Assembly (NCBI RefSeq): GCF_001194135.2
Contig: NC_068991.1
Location: 7,544,748-7,593,954, forward strand
DNA: 49,207 nucleotides
Reading direction: 5' to 3'
DNA from: Octopus bimaculoides
Taxonomy: Eukaryota
The notes under the pieces are model-generated. The model did no database searches. It was not told the origin of the DNA and was given only the letters and a program-made list of their open reading frames with translations. Below, piece by piece: positions 32,701 to 44,718 of the stretch; the stretch's first letter is position 1, and each line of letters opens with the position of its first letter. The position numbers and the translations under genes were made by a program.

Positions 32701-34673
32701 TGTTGAAGTACATCCTTCTATTGTTGGGTGTTCGAACTGTCACAAACCCTCATGTATTTTCAAGCAAAATAGTAGTTTTCCATTGCTAGACATGCATTCC
32801 ACATAAAACCAGACATGACCAACACCACTTGTATGACAGTGATGCTTGTTTACAACCATCACATGATGTCAAGTCAAGGGTACATGCAAACACACAAGAA
32901 CATACATATATACATGACAAGCTTCTTTTAGTTCCATTTACCAAACCCACCCACAAGACTTTGATCAGCCAGAGGCTAAAATAGAAGACACTTGCCCAAG
33001 GTGTCATGCATTGGGACTGACTTCAAGACTGCATGATTGGAAAGCAAGCTAATTAAACATTTAGCTATGCCTGTCTCTATACTATCACATTTAAGAATAT
33101 GAAATATTATGACATTTCAAAAACGTTTTCTCCATGAGATTTATATGTAACATTTTGTGAAAATATTTTGAAATTTTCTTCCTAAAATTTTCAATGATGG
33201 AAAACAAAAAAAAAATTAAAGACTGTCCCTAGATATGTGTATGCAAAAAATTTAGTCAAAACAAACAGAAGCAATTTAATTAATAGCATTCACCATCATC
33301 GTCATTACCACCGCCACCACCACCACCACCACCACTACACCACCACATCCATCATCATCGTCATTTAACATTCCCAGAAATAGTTACAAAAGCAATATTT
33401 TTTTTCCAGTTATGCATTTTGAAACCAAATGTTTTTTTTACGGCTGTCAGTTTCAATGGAAATCCTATACAGTCATTCAGCCTGTTCAATTCTGTAGCCA
33501 AAGCTACCTCACCAGAATCCAGTAACAACAGGCAGTGGTTATTGTTGTTAGGTCCTAATTGGACAGACCTGCGATCAAAGGTTTAAATATTGCATGTTTT
33601 TCATATTTTTGTTTTTTGTCAGATTCATTACATCTTGAATAATCTAATTCAATGTGATTCAGATGGTAGGATGCGATTTGAGAAATACTAGTCACTACCT
33701 GTCACTCTGCTACCTGGTAATGACCTAATCAAGATGAAATAGATCCTTCAGCAGAAACCTACTACAATGGTTATATTGATTTACTCAACAACAACCTTGA
33801 AGCATATTTCTTAATTTTTTTCTTTCACACACACTCTCTCTCTCTCACTTATTTCTCTTTCAACAACAACAACAACAACAACAACAAACTGTCATTATAG
33901 CGAAAATCTTTTTTTAATATCTATGTTTTTCTATATGTTGAAAAACATACAGAAATACACACACACACATACAAACAACTAAAAAGATAACTAAATGTAT
34001 TATATATATATATATATATATATATACAATTATCTTTTGAAGTCTGTGTTGTGTTGACAGACTTGCACTTAAAATTCCTACGTTTTTAATCAAGTCTTGT
34101 TAGTTACTATGGTGACAACACTATCTATCTGTCTATCTATTTTTCATACACATGCACACACACTCTCTCACTGTATTTCTTTCTCAATAACTTTTTCTCC
34201 TCCCCTTCTTCTAAATAAATGTTGTGAACTTACCACTTCCCAGAATGCGCAGAGAGGATTTGTCATAATTATGTACCCATGAATCTCCCATTTTAATCAA
34301 CAAACGAAGAGCTGTGGGTGCCAAGTATATGTGAGTCAACTTAAATCTCTCCACGACTTCCCAATAGCGACCTTTAAAAGAAACAAAAAATGTTTCAAAA
34401 CAAGAAGACATATTTCTCAAGTTTAAGATTGAAAACTTATTACAAAGTTATTAATTGTTGTATCTTTTTGTGCCATATATTTGTTGTTTCTTGTTTGGCA
34501 AAAGTGTGGTACAGGCATGACTGTGCAGTCAAGAAGTTTGCTCCTCAACCACATGGTTTTGGGTTCAGTTCCAGTGTATGGTACCTTGGGCAAGTATCTT
34601 CTGTATTAGCCCAGGGCTGACCAAAGCCATGTGAGTGGGTTTAGAAGACAGAGATGGAAAGAAACCAACTCTG

Positions 34674-34716
<43 letters not shown>

Positions 34717-36316
34717 TGTGTGTGTGTGTATTTATAAATAAGGTGGGGTACCCAAAAGTAACCAGAAATGTTCTCTGTGGAACAAGCCCATTGTAGTTCA
34801 GACTCTTACCACTAGAAGCAACTTGATGCAACCCTCAGGCATCAGTCTGCCAACTGGCAGCATGAAATAAAGCCATACTGCCACATTGTGCATCTTTGTT
34901 TTGCAGTGCTTCTCCTCTGTTTATTGATTTTTGTAATGGCTGAAATGAAGGAACAGCATGCTTCCATGAAATTCTGTTTTCTGCTGGGAAAAATGGTGGC
35001 TGAAACAGTTGTCATGCTTCAAGCAGCTTACAAGGATGCTTCCATGAGAAAACCACAAGTTTACAAGTGGTTCTCATGCTTTGCGATTGGTCAGTTGTCA
35101 TTTTGGGTATCCCCCTAAAAGGACCAATAGAATAAGTACTAGGCTTCAGAAATGTCCTGGGGTTAATTTGTTTGACTGAAACCCTACAAAGCAGTGCTCC
35201 AGCATGGCTACAGTCAAATATCTGAAACAAACATAAACATATTATTTGAATCACAAATATTTGTTACCTGGGTTTGGATAGGTTGGTGTACTCTCAAACA
35301 GAAGTGTTGTGCCTCCATTACTTAGTGGTCCATACACAACATAGCTATGTCCAGTTATCCAACCAATGTCAGCAACACATCCAAAGATATCATCCATTTG
35401 GTAATCAAATACATGCTGTAAATTAGATATAATTACTATGGTAAGTGTTTAATCCTTTAGCATTCAGATTATTCTGTCAAATGTAAAGCTTATGTATTCA
35501 CACCATTTTGAATTAATCCTGCTTCATTTCATAGCTTTGAAATTTCAATGATGTGAGTGTTTATTTTTATAATGACACTCTAAGGTTGCTATGAAAGGCC
35601 AGATCTGACCAGTTTGAACATAAAACAGGTGGAATATTTTGGCTGGACAGGGCTGGTTTAAACTCTAAAGGGTTAAAATTACATCCAATTAGCATCCAAT
35701 TTATCCAATTACATCCAATAACATCCAATTTATCCAATAGATAAATAAATATGTTAAACCACGTCATATGTTTCCATAATAATATCAATTTTACCCGTTC
35801 CTGTTCAATTCTTCTAATTTCTAATGCCCAAGCCAGAATTCGAAACCGCAATTCTATGTCATGAGTCCAACACCCTAACCACAAAGCCACATACCATTTT
35901 TTACTCCATATAGAAGATATTTAATGTTTACAGTGTGTGTGTGGTGGAGAGTTGCAAATTAAAAGATTGCCTTTACTTTGTGTGTAACAGTTGTATACAG
36001 CAAATAACCAGCTTGAGTATGCACAAGTCCCTTTGGACTCCCAGTACTACCAGATGTGTATAACATAAATAAGGGATCTTCACTATCCATCTCTTGAGGT
36101 TTACAATATGGCTTGGAGACTTCACTTAGAGCCTGCAAAATTCAAAAGAAGTAAAGCAATTATCAATGTGTGTGTGTGTTCTGATAATAAACAAAAACTT
36201 CAGAGCATAACTTAACTAAGTGTACATTTAATGATCAACCAGTTAAAAGAGAATGTATGGGAAACATAAAGCAAATTTTATTATTATCTCTATTGTTGTT
36301 GCTTTTATTATTATTA

Positions 36317-36348
<32 letters not shown>

Positions 36349-39300
36349 GAGTGAGAGAGCAGTGTATGCCATCAAAGTGACACAGGGGTACAAATATACG
36401 AAGCCCAATATATCCATCATGACTATCCATCTGATAAAGATACACCAGATACATGCATCACAACCATATGTGCATGACATGGTGATCTCTCATGTCAAGA
36501 TAAACAGTGCATGACCTTGCAGGTTGGGCCCAGTTAGTATTTTCTCCAGATCAAATAAACCATCCCACTCAAAAGGTCTCTGAATAAGGTTTGTTTAAGG
36601 ATGATGAACAAAACACCCAAGTTTCCAGAGGTGAATTATCCAAACCCTAAAGAATTCCTCTCAACACATGGCTATGATGCTCCCCCACTACTTCTGCTCA
36701 TGATCAGAGATGCACATATTGTCAGCCACTAAGGGACATGCTCAACTGGTTAAGGTCAAACAACTGACCAGCAAACCTGTGGTATTAAGCAGAATATTCA
36801 CTGTAGCCCTTCTTTTATACCAAGACAAAACAGTATACATGATAACACTTCCAATCAGTTAAGATCAAAAGCCATGAGAGCCACTATCTGGTACTGCATC
36901 AGGGCATTTATTATTATTATTATCATTAAGTTTTGAGTGTTGCATATTGCTTTGGACACGAGCTTGCTGAAGGAAAAAATAACTAATGGAAAATTAGAAA
37001 CCAAAATTCCAAGTATCCATTTACCTTTTCAAGTGGGATATCAATTTTACCCATTGGGACATCTCCTCCAGTACGTCTGTACACAAAGACCTGCTTTACA
37101 CTTGGACATTTCGATACAGCTGCATCAACTATTTTCTTTAACTCTAGGATTTTCCCACCTCTAACTCCTTGATCAGCAGTTATCACTGTATTCACTTGAG
37201 CTGGAAACATAATCAGCGAATATATAAATTCAAATAGAGAAAGAAAAAGAAAAAAATCACGAGAAAATTATGCATGTACACATTTTCAAATATTGTTTCT
37301 AATTTTGGCACAAGGCCAGCAATTTTAGAGGAAGGGTAAGTCGATTACGTCAACCCAAACCCTGGAAAGATGAAAGGTAAAGTCAAACTCAGTGGAATCT
37401 GCACTCAGAACATAAAGCTGGAAGAAATGCCACGCCGGGGTTGTGAGCACGCCGGGGCTGTGGGCACACCGGGGTCGTGGGCATGCCGGGGTCTTTTCGG
37501 GGTCGATAAATTAAGTACCAGTTAGGCACTGGGGTCGATGTAATTGACTTAATCCCTTTGTCTGTCCTTGTTTTTTCCCCTCTATGTTTAGCTCCTTGTG
37601 GGCAATAAAAAAATACGAAATGTTAGCACACCGGGCGAAATGCTTAGTGGTATTTCGTCTGTCTTTGCGTTCTGAGTTCAAATTCCACCAAGGTCGTCTT
37701 TGCCTTTCATCCTTTCGGAGTCAATAAATTAAGTACCAGTTGAGCACTGGGGCCAATGTAATCGACTTAGCCCCCCCCCCCCNNNNNNNNNNNNNNNNNN
37801 NNNNNNNNNNNNNNNNNNNNNNNNNNNNNNNNNNNNNNNNNNNNNNNNNNNNNNNNNNNNNNNNNNNNNNNNNNNNNNNNNNNNNNNNNNNNNNNNNNNN
37901 NNNNNNNNNNNNNNNNNNNNNNNNNNNNNNNNNNNNNNNNNNNNNNNNNNNNNNNNNNNNNNNNNNNNNNNNNNNNNNNNNNNNNNNNNNNNNNNNNNNN
38001 NNNNNNNNNNNNNNNNNNNNNNNNNNNNNNNNNNNNNNNNNNNNNNNNNNNNNNNNNNNNNNNNNNNNNNNNCCCCCCGCTTCCCCAAAATTGCTGGCCT
38101 TGTGCCAAAATTTGAAACCAATATTAACAGACTTTATAAGGCAACAAGCTGGCTGAATCATTAGCATGTGGGGCAAAATGTTTAGTGCTATTTCGTCTGT
38201 CTGTGTTTGTCCCCTGCCATTGCCTGATAACCAATGTTGGTTTGTTTATGTCCCTGTAACTTATCGGTTTCGCAAAAGAGACTGATGGAATAAGTACCAG
38301 GGTTTAAGATTTAAGTACTGGGGTTGGTTCATTCAACTAAAAAAATTCTTCAAGGTGGTGCCCCAGCATGGCCACATGAAACAAGTGAGAGGTAAAAAAT
38401 AAACAAACTTTATGAGTATTTCAATGTTCATTCAAGGACATAGAACTTTGGTTTTATATGAATTTTCTTTGATACATGAATTGAAAACAAAATGTGAAAT
38501 GAATATTTTTCAGTGATTAAAAATAAATCTGACTGACCATCTTGAATCCTCCCTGCTAATGCTTTATCACTGAATCCTGCAAAGACCACACAGTGGACAG
38601 CACCAATTCGTGCACAAGCCAACATGGCTGCCACAGCTACTGGACACTGAGGCATATAGATAGCAACTCGATCTCCTTTAGTAACATTGTGTTGAAGAAG
38701 CATGTTACCCATCTGGTTAACCATATGGTACAGCTCTCTGGAATAAAAATTCAAAACAATGTCCATGTTAGACATTAGTCAACAGTTTTTTTTTTCCAAA
38801 AGTTGGTTTATGTCTTGGTACTTCTTTACACAGCTGAAAATATTGATTGTTTAAACTTACTGATAGGTAATCTGTTCTTGTTGGCCTGGTTCGTCTTTTT
38901 CCCAAATAAGAGCAATCTTTTTTGGATTTGATTTAGCATGTCGGTCCACACAGTTTACTAGCAAAAAAAAAAATAACACAAAAAAATAAATTAGAGAGAA
39001 AATTATAGAACAAAAAGGAAAATGAGGAAATTTAGGGAGTATCAAATGAGTTTGTTAGCTGTCTTTATTATGACATAGACTTTGAAAGTAAGAGAATACA
39101 GTTCTAAATATCTTCTCAAAATTAACACGCCCAAACAGCCATGCTCATTCATCTCTCGTACCATATTAACTGCAAAGTACAAAAATTGGCCACAAAATCC
39201 TAAATCATTCATATTTCATCATTGTTCTTATCTGTCATAAATTCGCAATAAAAATCCATTTAATCAAGTTTATTTCATTTCTATGGTCTTTAATTCTTCA

Positions 39301-39919
39301 GCATTCAGATTATTCTGTTAAATTTAAAGTTTATGTATTCAGGAATGGCTGTGTGGTAAGTAGCTTGCTTACAAACCACATGGTTCCGGGTTCAGTCCCA
39401 CTGTGTGGCACCTTGGACAAGTGTCTTCTACTATAGCCTCGGGCTGACCAAAGCCTTGTGAGTGGATGTGGTAGACGGAAACTGAAAGAAGCCCATCGTA
39501 TATATATATCATCATCATCATCATCATCGTTTAACGTCCGCTTTCCATGCTAGCATGGGTTGGACGATTTGACTGAGGACTGGTGAAACCGGATGGCAAC
39601 ACCAGGCTCCAATCTAATTTGGCAGAGTTTCTACAGCTGGATGCCCTTCCTAACGCCAACCACTCAGAGAGTGTAGTGGGTGCTTTTACGTGTCACCCGC
39701 NNNNNNNNNNNNNNNNNNNNNNNNNNNNNNNNNNNNNNNNNNNNNNNNNNNNNNNNNNNNNNNNNNNNNNNNNNNNNNNNNNNNNNNNNNNNNNNNNNNN
39801 NNNNNNNNNNNNNNNNNNNNNNNNNNNNNNNNNNNNNNNNNNNNNNNNNNNNNNNNNNNNNNNNNNNNNNNNNNNNNNNNNNGGGGCACTGGCAACGATC
39901 TTACTTGGCTTGCCGGGTC

Positions 39920-39966
<47 letters not shown>

Positions 39967-42792
39967 CATATGTTTGTGTGTCTGTGTTTGTCCCTCCAAC
40001 ATCGCTTGACAACCGATGCTGGTGTGTTTACGTCCTCGTAACTTAGCGGTTCGGCCAAAGAGACTGATGGAATAAGTACTAGGCTTACAAAGAATAAGTC
40101 CTGGGGTCGATTTGCTCGACTAAAGGTAGTGCTCCAGCATGGCCACGGTCAAATGACTGAAACAAGTAAAAGAGTAAAAGAGTAATACCATTTTAAATTA
40201 ATCCTGCATCATTTCATAGCTTTGAAATTTCAATGATGTGATTGTTTATTTTTATAATTACACTATAAGGTAGCTATGAAAGACCAGATCTGACCAGTTT
40301 GAACATAAAACAGGAATATTTTGGCCAGTTATGGCCAGTTTAAATACTAATGGGTTAAGGTCTTAATTTTCCACATAGCACTAAACTTCATGCATAGCAG
40401 ATTACACTGTGATTTCATACAAAATCATAATCCTATGTAAGTCAAAATAGACAGAAGTTATTTACAATATATCAGGTCATAGCTTAGTTAACAAGTTGCT
40501 AGTATTAGAAGGGTATCAATATACTATGTCCTGACCCAGATATGTAAATCTCATCAGCTCATTTCGCCTAACAATAAACTTAATACTTTACAGTTCAACA
40601 CTGTAAGTCATGTAACTACTGTGTACTTGAATGATTCACACACACTTGTTACATTGATTTCAATTCTCACGAAGAATATAACTTGAAGTGAGATATCTTC
40701 CATCTTTCATTGTGATTTGTTTTTGATACAATGAATAAAAATGAAATCTTCAAAGGCATTCAAATAATCCCGCAGATTATGAAATCCAATAAACCAATCC
40801 AGTGTACAGTTATTAGGTTGTCATATTGTGTGGCTGAATAGCTTAGAAGTTTAGACAGGTGCAGGCATGGCTGTGTGGTAGAAGCTTGCTTCCTGACCAC
40901 ATGGTTTGGGGTTCAGTCCCACTGTGTGACACCTTGGACAAGTATTTTCTACTATAGCCTCAGGCCAACAAAAGCCTTGTGAGTGGATTTAATAGACAGA
41001 AACTGAGAGAAGCCTGTCATATATAGGTCATCGTCATCTTTTAACGTCCGTTGTCAATGCTGGTATGGGTTGGATGGTTTGACTGGAACTGGTAAGCTGG
41101 GGAGCTGCACCAGGTTCCAGTCTGATCTAGCATGGTTTTTATGGCTGGATGCCCTTCCTAATGCCAACCACTCCAGAGTGTAATGGGTGCTTTTATGTGC
41201 CACCAGTATCTGCCATGACTATGATTTCTGTCGGTTGAATAGGTCTTCTACTCAAGTACGGCATATTGTCAAAGGTCTCAGTCATTTGTGATTGCTTACA
41301 TGAGGGTCAATGCTCAAAAGGTATTTTTTATGTGCCAATTATGCGACACCGGCATTTGCCACATTGTCTCTGTGATGCCCAACGCTCAAAAAGTGCTTTT
41401 AATGTGCCACTGGCACGGTTCTAATTGCACAAAACCAGCATGTGTGTGTGTGTGTGTGCATGTGTGCATGTGTGTGTGTGTGTGTGTGTGTGCATGTGTG
41501 TATGTGTGTCTGTGTGTATGTGTGCATGTATTTGTGTGTACGCATATGTGCATCCTTGATAGCCTTTCTCTTCTACTGGTCTTTCCCAAAAGCTGGACTC
41601 TAAATTCAGCTGATTGTGTATATTTAGCTAAATTGTCTTTATATTAATTAGAAATAATAGCCATAACAATGATAATTAACAGCTTCTTGTTCAGCCCACA
41701 TTCTTTCAGTGCTGGTCAGCCCATCAACTTGTTTGTCCGTGGTCTTTGAGCATGCAAATATGCATGTGTGTGCGCGTGCGTGCATGCGCACAACAGCTTC
41801 TTCATTTTGTCTTTTTTCACTTTCTCTCCACCTTTCTGATTTTCTTTCCTTTTTTCATTCTTTTTCTCTATAGTGCACATGTTTAATCGGAAAAATGACC
41901 ATAGGCGCAGGAGTGACTGTGTGGTAAGTAGCTTGCTTACCAACCACATGGTTCAGGGTTCAGTCCCACTGTGTGGCACCTTAGGCAAGTGTCTTCTACT
42001 ATAGCCTCGAGCCAACCAAAGCCTTGTGAGTGGATTTGATAGACGGAAACTGAAAGAAGCCCGTTGTATATATATACATATATAATGGCACGTAAAATAT
42101 GTATTTTTCTGAAAGTTATAAAGAAAAAAAGTCTGGCACAGGAGTACACATCTATAGTTATGCCAGATGTAAAAATAACTTGTTAATTAAAGTGAATTTT
42201 TCTTGCTTTTACAACAATTTATATTTGAGTGAATAATTAAATTTAGATGGGAAAAAATACCAGAAAAATTTGAAGGAAGAGATCAATANNNNNNNNNNNN
42301 NNNNNNNNNNNNNNNNNNNNNNNNNNNNNNNNNNNNNNNNNNNNNNNNNNNNNNNNNNNNNNNNNNNNNNNNNNNNNNNNNNNNNNNNNNNNNNNNNNNN
42401 NNNNNNNNNNNNNNNNNNNNNNNNNNNNNNNNNNNNNNNNNNNNNNNNNNNNNNNNNNNNNNNNNATGACAGATGGAAGAAAACTGTAAAATGGAATTTA
42501 AATAAAGCTGTTGAAAGAAAATTTTAAAAACTGTAAAATGAAAAGTAAATTTTTAATTTTAAGAAATGTAAATGAAACTATGTAGGGCAAAAGTAGATAA
42601 AATCTCTATCTTTTCTCTTTTACTTGTTTCAGTCATTGCACTGCAACCCTGCTGAGGCACCACCTTTGAAGGGCTTTAGTCAAACAAATCACCCCACCCC
42701 CCACCCAGTAATTATTATTTAAGTCTGGTATCTATTCTGTTGATCTCTATTGCCAGTTGTCAAACAGTAGGCAGGAACAAGCATGCAAAAAT

Positions 42793-42838
<46 letters not shown>

Positions 42839-43554
42839 ACATATAGATATATACAATTGGCATCCACACATTCATTCACAGGGCATCAGTCAACCCAGGG
42901 TTATAGTAGAAGACATTTGTCCAAGGCGCTGTGCAGTAAGACTGAACCTGAAGCTGTGTGGTTTGCAAAGCAAGCTTCTTAACCACACAGCCATGCATGC
43001 ATGAGTAAAATAAAGCAACTATATGAAAATACATGAAAAACAATTGGATGAAATATAAGTGAAAAACTATGGAGATGAAAATATATAAAAACTATCTCGC
43101 GTAAACTAAATAAAATGAAATCTTTAAGCTGAAAGTAAGTAAAACTAGGAATTCCAGGGTGGAAAGTAAATGAAAATTATAGAATAGTAAATAAATGGGA
43201 AAAAAATTAAAATAAAAACTTACCAGAGACATTAAGTTTACCACCAATAAACCAGTTAATTTCTCCTGTCTTAAAATCACATTTTTGAACTCTATCAAAT
43301 TCTTTATCCCACAACAGACGGCTTATAGCCAACTTTGACCAGAACAAGTTGGGATTTTCAATGCTAAACTTGTATAAATCGTCATGATTTCTAATAGTTG
43401 GATGGTCAATGAATTCCTGCAAGGGACTGGTGCTGTTGAAAGGTTTATGGGGTAGGTTTCTTGTGTAATTTAAAGAGGTAATAATTCTATGTTGTTTAGG
43501 AATCAACAGTTGTTTTCTTATAGGAAAGAAACTTAGTTTTAGTAGAGAGGCCAT
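25910..43554 (-). CDS. ACSS1: Acetyl-CoA synthetase, mitochondrial type (ACSS1-like), whole gene: 14 coding exons, 2046 nt, 681 aa
   Basis: The exons join in frame with GT-AG sites. Motifs: [12 protein letters not shown]-loop, [59 protein letters not shown]. The basic, acid-free N-terminus suggests a mitochondrial presequence. Confidence 0.93.
26733..26854 (-). CDS. ACSS1: ACSS1 exon 13 (122 nt)
   Basis: [30 protein letters not shown]; CAG / GTAAAT. Confidence 0.9.
27370..27525. mobile_element. Foldback/MITE-like element with reiterated subterminal inverted motifs
   Basis: AGGACAAT(A/T)(G/A)CCCC motifs on the left arm and GGGGTAATTGTCCT motifs on the right arm. Confidence 0.6.
27888..27951 (-). 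CDS. ACSS1: ACSS1 exon 12 (64 nt)
   Basis: [21 protein letters not shown]; AAG / GTATGT. Confidence 0.9.
28317..28444 (-). CDS. ACSS1: ACSS1 exon 11 (128 nt)
   Basis: [30 protein letters not shown]; TAG / GTGAGA. Confidence 0.94.
28558..28975 (+). mobile_element. Full-length tRNA-derived SINE, the dominant family in this window
   Basis: tRNA-like head GGCGTAGGAGTGGCTGTGTGGTAAG..GGTTCAGTCCC, central (TA)n, tail AAGTAAAAGAG. Other copies at ~5450-5770(-), 7410-7640(+), 8055-8420(-), 25340-25545, 26165-26520, 27620-27850, 29860-30010(-), 32918-33070(-), 34510-34700, 38160-38395, 39340-40185, 40860-41020, 41905-42065, 42615-43000(-), 44715-44860(-), 48365-48540. Confidence 0.85.
29219..29500. 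mobile_element. Solo LTR (282 bp) with 5-bp target site duplication
   Basis: Termini TGTGGTG...CACCACA, TSD TTTGG (29214-29218 and 29501-29505), GC/CpG-rich. The matching empty site is present at 19903-19907. Confidence 0.85.
30061..30187 (-). CDS. ACSS1: ACSS1 exon 10 (127 nt)
   Basis: [25 protein letters not shown]; CAG / GTAATT. Confidence 0.92.
31462..31574 (-). CDS. ACSS1: ACSS1 exon 9 (113 nt)
   Basis: [37 protein letters not shown]; CAG / GTATGT. Confidence 0.92.
32408..32500 (-). CDS. ACSS1: ACSS1 exon 8 (93 nt)
   Basis: [30 protein letters not shown]; TAG / GTGAGA. Confidence 0.94.
34234..34371 (-). CDS. ACSS1: ACSS1 exon 7 (138 nt)
   Basis: [32 protein letters not shown]; AAG / GTAAGT. 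Confidence 0.93.
34742..35105 (+). mobile_element. Mariner transposon 5' fragment (N-terminal HTH)
   Basis: [49 protein letters not shown] is a typical mariner N-terminus. Confidence 0.85.
35268..35415 (-). CDS. ACSS1: ACSS1 exon 6 (148 nt)
   Basis: [49 protein letters not shown]; CAG / GTAACA. Confidence 0.94.
35451..35679. mobile_element. TTAA-flanked piggyBac-type MITE (other copies ~11284-11400, 39290-40340 interrupted, 45040-45207, 45831-45960)
   Basis: Termini TTAA(T/C)CCTTTAG...CTAAAGGG-TTAA; the internal sequence is shared among copies. Confidence 0.65.
35977..36132 (-). CDS. ACSS1: ACSS1 exon 5 (156 nt)
   Basis: [52 protein letters not shown]; CAG / GTAAAG. Confidence 0.94.
37025..37200 (-). 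CDS. ACSS1: ACSS1 exon 4 (176 nt)
   Basis: [32 protein letters not shown]; CAG / GTAAAT. Confidence 0.92.
37620..37782 (+). mobile_element. Third SINE family (copies ~37290-37430(-), 38090-38135, 49010-49207)
   Basis: TTCTGAGTTCAAATTCC..GAGGTCGACTTTGCCTTTCATCCTTTCGGGGTCGATAAATTAAGTACCAG core, repeated within the window. Confidence 0.7.
38538..38737 (-). CDS. ACSS1: ACSS1 exon 3 (200 nt)
   Basis: [37 protein letters not shown]; CAG acceptor, GTCAGT donor. Confidence 0.93.
38861..38957 (-). CDS. ACSS1: ACSS1 exon 2 (97 nt)
   Basis: [21 protein letters not shown]; TAG acceptor, GTAAGT donor. Confidence 0.92.
39508..39700. mobile_element. (CAT)n-tailed retroposon family (copies ~5870-6130, 10500-10625, 19180-19330, 27290-27360, 27540-27610, 41025-41210, 47200-47560, 47640-47760)
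   Basis: CATCATCATCGTTTAACGTCCGCTTTCCATGCTAGCATGGGTTGGACG..GCTGGATGCCCTTCCTAACGCCAACC recurs many times. Confidence 0.7.
43224..43554 (-). CDS. ACSS1: ACSS1 exon 1 (331 nt; MASLLK..GGKLNVS)
   Basis: [27 protein letters not shown]; donor GTAAGT below 43224. Confidence 0.9.
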
Positions 43555-44679
43555 CGTACTACCACACAGCTACTCTTGAGTAAATATAATACAAAACTGA
43601 ATAGTTCAGATACATCTAACCTGACCTACCTCACTAGCGATTTATGCATGAATGATTACAATTTCATGAACTGAAAGGTTCTCCTATACAGGGAAATAAC
43701 TTCACTGTGAGTATAACATCTATAAAAGTAGTTTAACTGGTCCAGCACAAGGTTAAATATATATATATATATATATANNNNNNNNNNNNNNNNNNNNNNN
43801 NNNNNNNNNNNNNNNNNNNNNNNNNNNNNNNNNNNNNNNNNNNNNNNNNNNNNNNNNNNNNNNNNNNNNNNNNNNNNNNNNNNNNNNNNNNNNNNNNNNN
43901 NNNNNNNNNNNNNNNNNNNNNNNNNNNNNNNNNNNNNNNNNNNNNNNNNNNNNNNNNNNNNNNNNNNNNNNNNNNNNNNNNNNNNNNNNNNNNNNNNNNN
44001 NNNNNNNNNNNNNNNNNNNNNNNNNNNNNNNNNNNNNNNNNNNNNNNNNNNNNNNNNNNNNNNNNNNNNNNNNNNNNNNNNNNNNNNNNNNNNNNNNNNN
44101 NNNNNNNNNNNNNNNNNNNNNNNNNNNNNNNNNNNNNNNNNNNNNNNNNNNNNNNNNNNNNNNNNNNNNNNNNNNNNNNNNNNNNNNNNNNNNNNNNNNN
44201 NNNNNNNNNNNNNNNNNNNNNNNNNNNNNNNNNNNNNNNNNNNNNNNNNNNNNNNNNNNNNNNNNNNNNNNNNNNNNNNNNNNNNNNNNNNNNNNNNNNN
44301 NNNNNNNNNNNNNNNNNNNNNNNNNNNNNNNNNNNNNNNNNNNNNNNNNNNNNNNNNNNNNNNNNNNNNNNNNNNNNNNNNNNNNNNNNNNNNNNNNNNN
44401 NNNNNNNNNNNNNNNNNNNNNNNNNNNNNNNNNNNNNNNNNNNNNNNNNNNNNNNNNNNNNNNNNNNNNNNNNNNNNNNNNNNNNNNNNNNNNNNNNNNN
44501 NNNNNNNNNNNNNNNNNNNNNNNNNNNNNNNNNNNNNNNNNNNNNNNNNNNNNNNNNNNNNNNNNNNNNNNNNNNNNNNNNNNNNNNNNNNNNNNNNNNN
44601 NNNNNNNNNNNNNNNNNNNNNNNNNNNNNNNNNNNNNNNNNNNNNNNNNNNNNNNNNNNNNNNNNNNNNNNNNNNNNNN

Positions 44680-44718
<39 letters not shown>

